Shown piece by piece: positions 17,371 to 24,000 of a stretch of DNA of 24,000 nt. This stretch comes from Candidatus Woesearchaeota archaeon (GTDB taxonomy: Archaea; Nanobdellota; Nanobdellia; Woesearchaeales; UBA9642). The notes beneath the pieces are model-generated. The model did not search any database. It had not been told where the DNA came from and was given only the letters and a program-made list of their open reading frames with translations. Location of the stretch: assembly GCA_026002815.1 (NCBI GenBank), contig BPGB01000011.1:2280-26279 (forward strand). Reading direction: 5' to 3'. The translations under genes were made by a program, and so were the position numbers. The first letter of the stretch is position 1, and each line of letters begins with the position of its first letter.

Positions 17371-18735
17371 ATGGCAACATTACAATCAAACAAAGTTAGA
17401 ATTGATAAAATCCTGGTAGCTGATGGCAATGCTCCATTGGCTACTGCCGGAACAAAACTTTCAGCATTAACCACACATGGTAAATTGGGATTCTATAATC
17501 AATCAACCAATTTAGCAACAGTTCCTCTTTTTGAAACAGACCCTGTTATTTTTATTGCACAGGGACAGTCCACAACTAATCACACATATCCACTTACTCC
17601 AAGGCCACAGGAACGTTCTATGCCTATTGATGGAGAAAGAGTAGTAAGTGTATATAAAACAGCTTATTCTGCCCCAACCAATAATGTTTGGGTAATTGGG
17701 GATGCAAATGGACAAGCTGGTGAAATTAATGTGGCTGATGATACTACATATGAACTCACTATCAAATTTGATGGTCGTAGAGTTGATATTCTTAATGGAC
17801 GAAATCAACCAGCTATTTTTCCTCAATTTACTACCCCGGATTATTCATCTAATGGTCCGGCAACTGAAGTGTTACAGAGAGATCATTTAATACAAAATCT
17901 GGTGTTTGAAGTCCAACAGCAATCAGTTCTTAAGAGAGAATCAGGTGCTCAGATTGTAGTTCTTGCAGTTGCAGATTCTGCAAATACTGGAAATACATCT
18001 GGAATTACATTATCCGCAATAGCAGCTTCTCCTGCTGGTACAAGCTTTATTGTTGGTTATAATGCTGATGGTTCTGCTGTTAACTGGGTTCCTACAGCAT
18101 CTGAAAAACTTTCTATTACCAATGCAATAGCACAGATTGTAACAAATGGTGTACCTACTGGTCTTACAGGTGCAAATGAATTGGTACTTCCAGTAGTTAT
18201 AAATCCTCCGGCAGGTTCAACTGCTGCTGCTGCTATTTCAGCTGGAACAGCTGCTCTTGCTGGTACATCAACAAATGCTACATATATTCTTGTTATAGTA
18301 AGAGATGATAGTACAGCATTTTTTGACAGGATTCCTCAAACCAAAGTATCTGTTGATATTGGATTGAGGCAGGGATTTAATGTTAGTACAGTTCATATAT
18401 CTGAAGTAGAATATGCTTTTGAAGGAACTGGAGTAGGACGTCATTGGGCATTAGCCTACGATGAATCAGATGCATTAAGGAAATATGATACAAGCCAAGT
18501 ACCAGGAGAATATGCAATTCAATATCCTTCACCTGTAGACCCTACAGCAACTTATAATAGTTATACTATTACACATTCTTTGCCTGTAGTAACATCAGCA
18601 GGAACAGTTTCTTTAAATCCTTATGAAACTATAGTTTTAATTGAATCAGGAGATACTGTTACATCTGCAGATTTTGAAGACCAATTGAGAGGTTGGCTTG
18701 ATTCACTTCCTGTAGTTCCAGCTTATAATTTCTAA
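17371..18735 (+). CDS. putative tail/structural protein
   Basis: 454-aa intact ORF in the structural cluster. Ala/Thr/Val-rich with no diagnostic motif recognised. Confidence 0.55.
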   Translation: MATLQSNKVRIDKILVADGNAPLATAGTKLSALTTHGKLGFYNQSTNLATVPLFETDPVIFIAQGQSTTNHTYPLTPRPQERSMPIDGERVVSVYKTAYSAPTNNVWVIGDANGQAGEINVADDTTYELTIKFDGRRVDILNGRNQPAIFPQFTTPDYSSNGPATEVLQRDHLIQNLVFEVQQQSVLKRESGAQIVVLAVADSANTGNTSGITLSAIAASPAGTSFIVGYNADGSAVNWVPTASEKLSITNAIAQIVTNGVPTGLTGANELVLPVVINPPAGSTAAAAISAGTAALAGTSTNATYILVIVRDDSTAFFDRIPQTKVSVDIGLRQGFNVSTVHISEVEYAFEGTGVGRHWALAYDESDALRKYDTSQVPGEYAIQYPSPVDPTATYNSYTITHSLPVVTSAGTVSLNPYETIVLIESGDTVTSADFEDQLRGWLDSLPVVPAYNF

Positions 18736-18760
18736 TCATAAAAATTTAAAATTAAAACTA

Positions 18761-19165
18761 ATGAGTGTACGCAGATCTTCTGAGAAAACTTACATTTTCA
18801 AGTATGACGTTAGTGGTGGAGATAAAGCAACTGGGACAGTAACTCTTGGTTCACTTCCCAGTAACTTTGTAATCACACAGGCATGGATTCATGTTCTAAC
18901 TACATTTACTTCAGCTACAGATGCAGCTACTATAGCACTTGGTTATACAGGAGCTACAGATGCATTTGATGCTGCTATAGCAATTTCTAATGCATCAAAT
19001 CCTTGGGATGCAGGAGCACCAAGAACATCAGATGTTGCTGCAGATGGTGCGGTAGGTAATTTTGTTACTACAGCAGCTGGAGACGATGTTCTTGCAACAG
19101 TAGCTGTAGAAACCCTTACTGCAGGAAAACTGCTTCTGGTTATTAAAGGATATGTTGCATTTTAA
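18761..19165 (+). CDS. small structural protein, possibly decoration-like
   Basis: 134-aa beta-rich, Ala/Thr/Gly-rich ORF between the tail-like gene and the terminator. Confidence 0.5.
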   Translation: MSVRRSSEKTYIFKYDVSGGDKATGTVTLGSLPSNFVITQAWIHVLTTFTSATDAATIALGYTGATDAFDAAIAISNASNPWDAGAPRTSDVAADGAVGNFVTTAAGDDVLATVAVETLTAGKLLLVIKGYVAF

Positions 19166-19221
19166 TTAACCAAGCAAACAGTACAACCCCGTAAGGTTAG
19201 TATTATAAAATAATAATAGAA

Positions 19222-19353
19222 ATGGGTGCAAAAACAAGATACTTGCCTTTTGGTGTATTTGTTTCAAAACAAAAATCACCTAAGATTACTGATTTTAGAC
19301 ACAAATGGTATATATCAGGTGTAATAGAGATAACAACACCTGTAATGACTTAA
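19222..19353 (+). CDS. small hypothetical protein
   Basis: Below the ORF-track cutoff. Direct translation MGAKTRYLPFGVFVSKQKSPKITDFRHKWYISGVIEITTPVMT*. Located just before the terminator. Confidence 0.35.
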   Translation: MGAKTRYLPFGVFVSKQKSPKITDFRHKWYISGVIEITTPVMT

Positions 19354-19412
19354 TAAAATGAATAAACTATAGCAGAACTCTAACTTTCATATTACTATTT
19401 AAAATTAAGAAG

Positions 19413-19445
19413 GGCAGAGTCTGTTTAAAATAACTCTGCCTTTTT
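19413..19445 (+). terminator. Rho-independent terminator
   Basis: Perfect 8-bp stem GGCAGAGT...ACTCTGCC with a 12-nt AT-rich loop, followed by TTTTT. Confidence 0.85.
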
Positions 19446-19451
19446 ATTTAT

Positions 19452-19535
19452 ATGGGGACAAAATCAGGAGCAAAAATGGAGAAGTTAAGAATAATTCTTA
19501 ATCTTCTCAAAAAAGTAGTTAAACAAATTCAATGA
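19452..19535 (+). CDS. possible 27-aa leader peptide coupled to the fibre gene
   Basis: MGTKSGAKMEKLRIILNLLKKVVKQIQ*. Its stop overlaps the next ATG in an ATGA arrangement (19532-19535). Confidence 0.25.
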   Translation: MGTKSGAKMEKLRIILNLLKKVVKQIQ

Positions 19536-21245
19536 GTTTAAATAAAAACCAGTGGACTAATCAGCAATCTGATGAAGTCAAAATACTGGATGATATTCTT
19601 AATTGGCTTAAAAAACTTAATACTGTTGTTGTATCAGGAGTATCCACTCAAATAGGCAGTCCTGTAATCAATGGTACTGCTGGTGCTATATTATTCATTG
19701 ATGGATCTGGTAATTTAGGACAAGATATAACAGACAATAATGGATTATCTAGAAATACATCAACTGGTAATGTTATTATAGGTGGTGCTCCTACTAATGC
19801 AACACATAAACTAACAGTATTAGAAACCGGTACTAATGTACTTTACATACAATCATCTCCTGAGGCAGGTGCAACAGCCAGAATAGAAGTAGGCAATGAC
19901 CTGTTTGGACAGACTGGTGATAATGGTATTGGGTATGCTTATCTTGCACAATCTGGAGATTTGTTAAGCACTGTTGTAGGCGAACAAAATGGTATAAATG
20001 TAATCAGGTCTGGATATGACAGTACAAATGGTGATTCACAAAACATAACTATTGCCACAGATTACGTACAAGTACTATCATTAGATACTGCTTTAGGTAA
20101 TATCCCTATAGGTGTTGCAGTTACAGATAAGACGTCTGATGGTGGAGTGGTTGTGCAAGGTAAAGGCACAGGCAATGAGGTTGCCTTTAGAGTTAAGCAA
20201 GGTTCATATCCTAATCTGTTCAATGGTAATGATGTATTTACAGTTACTTGTGATGGAAAGGTTACTGTATCTTCTTTGGCTGGCTCTGGTGATGGTGTGG
20301 TTGGGGTTGACAATTCCGGAGTATTAAATTTCACATCTTATCAAAGCATAGGGGCGAATCTTATTATAGATGATAATGATGCTAATATCTATACAAGGAA
20401 TGCCAATCCACTCAAATGGTTCATTTGCTACTATCGTGATTGGGCAAGGCGCATCTGGGGATACTCCTTCCATTGTTATTGGGCATTTTTCAGCAGGAGG
20501 ACAAAATTCTGTCGTTATAGGATCATTTGCAGGAGCAGCACGAAATGCTGTTGCAATTTTAGGACTTGCTCTGCTGAAAAATCAATTGCAATAATTGGGG
20601 ATAACTACTGCTCCTAATCAAATGGTGGTAGGGTCTGATACAATTAATATAAATGACATATATTTTGGCAAAGGTGTTACGAATGAATCACCACAATCAT
20701 TTACCATAAATGCAACTGGTGGTAATGGTACAGATATATCTGGTGCATCAGCAATCATTGCAGGGGGTAAGGCAACAGGGATAGGCAATGGTGGTGATGT
20801 GAAGATTAGAACATCTGTGCCTGGAAGCTCTGGTTCAACGTTGCAATTATTAGGAGATAGGCTAAATATTAAAGGGAAGTATATTAATTTAATTAATTCA
20901 ACTCCTACAACAATTTCTACTGTCAATATTCCGGAGGGCACAGTCGCAGGTGGTAGTGTTAATTATACAATTGAGGCTACAGATGCGACAGACTTTCAGG
21001 CACTCACAGGCTCCGTCATTTGGAGTGCCGTCAACAAGGCAGGGGCACTTACAATAGCCTTTGATGATGACCAACAAACAAGTCCTGCGGTAACGATAGG
21101 TACGCTATCAAGTATTGCAACAGTTGTTGATGGTGGAGGTGGGAATTTAGAGATAAAGCTTACAGTAATAAGTTCATTAACTGGAGCAACAATAAGAGTG
21201 TCTTTTTTACATTGGAAGAATTTTGGAACAGGGGATATAGTATGA
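19532..21245 (+). pseudogene. tail fibre / adhesin-like gene split by several frameshifts (YadA-like head repeats)
   Basis: ORF 19532..20617 is coherent to about 20405. Coherent sequence then moves to frame 3 (HSNGSFATIVIGQGASGDTPSIVIGHFSAGGQNSVVIGSFAGAARNAVAI), back to frame 2 (RTCSAEKSIAIIGDN), then frame 3 again (TTAPNQMVVGSDTININDIYFGKG...). Each piece supplies consecutive ~14-aa (A/S)xx(V/I)xIG repeats. Confidence 0.65.
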
Positions 21246-21323
21246 TAAAAGTTACAGAAGATGAAAACTATAGTACTAATTACAACAATAAATATTTAAA
21301 ATTCAGTACTAAAATTTAGATAA

Positions 21324-22433
21324 TTGACTAATTTAGATTTTAATATAATCTCAACCGGAGACTGTTCAAGAATAGAATTTCAAAACTGTAGTACTTACTG
21401 CATTGGTACATCATATACCCATGATTATCTCATTGGTTCTTGTTATGCAGTAGAAATACTTGGATTTACTTCAACTACAGCAAAGGTAAAATTATATAGT
21501 TTAGTACAAACATCTGGAACAGTTTCTACTTATTCATGGACATTTGGTACTACAACAATAACCACAGCAGATGCTACATTTAGTTTTCCACTAAATACCA
21601 TAAGCACAGTAACTCTTGTAGTAACAGATTCAAATGGATTAACCTCAACAAATACAATGAAGATAAATGTTGGGGCTGAAGGAGCAGATTTAAATTGGTT
21701 TGTATCACCATCAGTAAGTATTTCTCCTGGTCCAAATACAACACTATCAGTTTATTTTGCAAATAATTCATATGTAGAAACTACAACTGTAAACACTACT
21801 ACAGATTTGTTAGATTTTGGAGATTCTTCTACTACTACTATTATACCTGCATCTCACACATATACATCTACAGGTACTAAATCACTTGTATATAGTTTTG
21901 ATGAATCTATAGATGGAGAGTCAGTTAATGTGGAATTTCAATATAAGCTAACACCAACTACTACAGACTGTCAGAATCAATTAACAACAACTAATATTGA
22001 TAGTGTAGAATTACATATTACTGACCCTGATGGTATAACAGAAACTGTGGATATTACAAATTCATTTTTTAATGCTCCATTTTATATTTTACAAAAAGAT
22101 CTTAATAAAGTAAATTTTACAAATTCAGGTATATGGGAATTCCTTGTAGAAGTAATAAAAACAGATGGAAATACATATATATTTTCAAGGTGTAAAAAAA
22201 TAGTTATAATTTGTGATATTAAATGTAAGTATGATAAACTACTGTCTTCCAAAACTGGAATAGATAAAGATTGTGTTGACTGTGAAGAGATAACTCTTAA
22301 TCAAATATTTAATATAAGCATTTTTTTGTCTGCATTAAAAGATGATATTGCTTGTCTTGATACTGCTGCAATAAATAATAAAATTACAATATTGAAAGCT
22401 CTTGTAGCTAATACAGATTGTGATTGTTCATAA
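21324..22433 (+). CDS. fibre/adhesin-like protein with PKD/Ig-like domain
   Basis: 369-aa ORF containing a PKD-like stretch (GTVSTYSWTFGTTTITTADATFSFPLNTISTVTLVVTDSNGLTSTNTMKINV). It has a TTG start and the real N-terminus is uncertain. Confidence 0.6.
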   Translation: MTNLDFNIISTGDCSRIEFQNCSTYCIGTSYTHDYLIGSCYAVEILGFTSTTAKVKLYSLVQTSGTVSTYSWTFGTTTITTADATFSFPLNTISTVTLVVTDSNGLTSTNTMKINVGAEGADLNWFVSPSVSISPGPNTTLSVYFANNSYVETTTVNTTTDLLDFGDSSTTTIIPASHTYTSTGTKSLVYSFDESIDGESVNVEFQYKLTPTTTDCQNQLTTTNIDSVELHITDPDGITETVDITNSFFNAPFYILQKDLNKVNFTNSGIWEFLVEVIKTDGNTYIFSRCKKIVIICDIKCKYDKLLSSKTGIDKDCVDCEEITLNQIFNISIFLSALKDDIACLDTAAINNKITILKALVANTDCDCS

Positions 22434-22444
22434 ACTAAAACAAA

Positions 22445-23032
22445 ATGGCTTACTGCAATACTTGTAAATCTAATGATTGTAGCTGTAATACATATACTTT
22501 GCCAGGAGGTGCACCAGGACCTCAAGGACCTCAAGGACCTCCAGGACCTCCAGGACCAGCAGGAGCTACAATTTTATTTAATCGGGTAATAGATATTTCT
22601 ACTTCTACAACATCATGGGAAACACTTTATACATATACACTTACTGGTGGAACATTAGATGAGGAAGGTGATGTATTAATAATTACTGCTTTTTATAAAA
22701 CAAATGATAATACAGTAGGACCTGTTTATGATAAAAAAATAAGAATAAGATTCAATGGTGTAGACCCATTCAATGGACTTGAACCACCTTTTTTTGTTGG
22801 ACAAAATAAATTTATTTTAACTATAAAAATTAACAGGGTTACAAATACAACATTTACAGGTGAATATAGACTTATTTTTGACAATGGAATAGGTTCTATA
22901 GAAACATACTTTACAGGATTAAGTATTACCAATCTTGACAATGATTTGAATATAACAATAGAAGCAAATAGTTTTGTTGCAGGAGATATTACACTTGACC
23001 ATTTAAAAATAGAAAAAAGAGAAAAAGTATAA
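22445..23032 (+). CDS. collagen-like repeat protein (fibre component)
   Basis: 195-aa ORF with a Cys-rich N-terminus (CNTCKSNDCSCN), then Gly-X-Y triplets GAPGPQGPQGPPGPPGPAGA and a C-terminal beta-rich domain. Confidence 0.75.
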   Translation: MAYCNTCKSNDCSCNTYTLPGGAPGPQGPQGPPGPPGPAGATILFNRVIDISTSTTSWETLYTYTLTGGTLDEEGDVLIITAFYKTNDNTVGPVYDKKIRIRFNGVDPFNGLEPPFFVGQNKFILTIKINRVTNTTFTGEYRLIFDNGIGSIETYFTGLSITNLDNDLNITIEANSFVAGDITLDHLKIEKREKV

Positions 23033-24000
23033 TGGCAGACTGGAAACCATTACAATCTATTGAGATAACAGGTGCAGGGACGAAGACTCTCACCTTATCT
23101 GATATTACAAAAATATACAGATTTTATACATCAGGAACTGTAAATATAAATGCAGGGCAAACTGTAGCAATTGTAACATCTGGTACACCCGTGTATGGAA
23201 ATAAAATAACTATCCTATGGGAATGTAATATTGTATTAGCAAATAGTGCAACAGCTGTAGTAGATTTCTTTTCTTCACTGTTCACTATAAAAGGAGATAA
23301 TTCAGGTACATTTTCATCAAATTATTCAACTACAAAAATGTTAATTGAATTATATTATGAGGGGGCTGCATGGAGGTATGTTATTAATCCTTCCTTTGAA
23401 GAAAACAATATAATAAGTACAGATAATATAAGAGATAATGCTATTACACAAGTAAAAATAGCTGATGACTCTGTAGGAATGGCAAAACTTAATTCTGAAG
23501 AATTTACAAGAGGAGATATAATTGTAGGTAATTCAAATGGTGATCCATCACTACTACCAATAGGGGCTTCTGCAACAATACTACAATCCAATGGTTCAGA
23601 CCCATCTTGGGTTACTGTTTCAGGAGATATAACTATTGCAACAGGTGGGGAAGTTACTATTGTTGCAGATAAAGTAGATAATAACAAACTTGCTAATATG
23701 CCAAGAGGTACAATTAAAGTTGGTGGTGTAGCTAATGCTCCTACTGACCTTGATGCTAAAAATCCAGGTTATATTCTTGTAGGAGATGGTACCGATATTA
23801 AATCTGTACCAATATCAGGGGATGCTACTTTAAGCCCAACAGGAGTACTTACTTTAACCTCAAACCCTCTTGATTTATATGATGAAAACCCTGATTCAAA
23901 TATTTCAAATACTGTTACTGGCTTAGATGCAGTAGCTATTGGAGAACAGAATACAGTTTCAGGAAATAATGCTGTAGCAATTGGATTAAATTCTACAGCA
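23032..24000 (+). CDS. tail fibre / adhesin protein, 3' end beyond window
   Basis: Open frame from ATG 23032 to the window edge (323 codons, no stop): MADWKPLQSIEITGAGTKTLTLSDITKIYRFYTS...ending DAVAIGEQNTVSGNNAVAIGLNSTA. This contains YadA-like AVAIG repeats. It is absent from the ORF track because it runs off the window. Confidence 0.7.
   Translation, partial: MADWKPLQSIEITGAGTKTLTLSDITKIYRFYTSGTVNINAGQTVAIVTSGTPVYGNKITILWECNIVLANSATAVVDFFSSLFTIKGDNSGTFSSNYSTTKMLIELYYEGAAWRYVINPSFEENNIISTDNIRDNAITQVKIADDSVGMAKLNSEEFTRGDIIVGNSNGDPSLLPIGASATILQSNGSDPSWVTVSGDITIATGGEVTIVADKVDNNKLANMPRGTIKVGGVANAPTDLDAKNPGYILVGDGTDIKSVPISGDATLSPTGVLTLTSNPLDLYDENPDSNISNTVTGLDAVAIGEQNTVSGNNAVAIGLNSTA

Noticed and set aside
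585-18735. Alternative genetic code (stop codon reassignment), as seen in some crAss-like phages
   Set aside because: The structural genes are full length under the standard code, and the interruptions seen (20400-20610) are frameshifts rather than in-frame TAG or TGA codons.
22508-22567. Collagen-like DNA repeats as a tandem-repeat regulatory locus
   Set aside because: The repeats keep the Gly-X-Y frame and lie inside a clear ORF, so protein-level selection explains them.
1-24000. CRISPR array, retron, diversity-generating retroelement or tRNA genes
   Set aside because: No regularly spaced direct repeats, reverse transcriptase motif, TR/VR pair or tRNA-like cloverleaf was seen by eye. A tRNAscan or covariance-model search would be needed to exclude RNA genes formally.

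Overview
This AT-rich window looks like the structural module of a large tailed phage, probably infecting a Bacteroidota host and possibly crAss-like (that affiliation is inference). Nearly all genes are on the + strand. In order they are: small Cys-rich proteins, a large TIM-barrel glycosidase-like protein, a small pre-terminase protein, the large terminase, a portal-like protein, an inserted element, an 810-aa virion or accessory protein, a small zinc-knuckle protein, a scaffold-like protein, a major capsid-like protein, connector and tail-like proteins, a strong terminator, and a fibre/adhesin cluster containing YadA-like, PKD-like and collagen-like sequence. The main find is an approximately 1.14 kb chimeric mobile element at about 8999-10140. 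Its outer edges are those of an IS200/IS605 element. The left edge has a hairpin plus the last ~28 codons of a Y1 transposase (TnpA) on the - strand. The right edge has the TnpB C-terminal zinc-finger/RuvC-III segment plus a hairpin with the same TCTTTAG loop. The interior, including the TnpA HUH domain and most of TnpB, has been replaced by an intact GIY-YIG/NUMOD homing endonuclease gene with its own Bacteroidota-type promoter. The element abuts a truncated Dam-type DNA adenine methylase fragment. A second notable region is a fibre gene at 19532-21245 that shows three reading-frame switches within about 200 bp.
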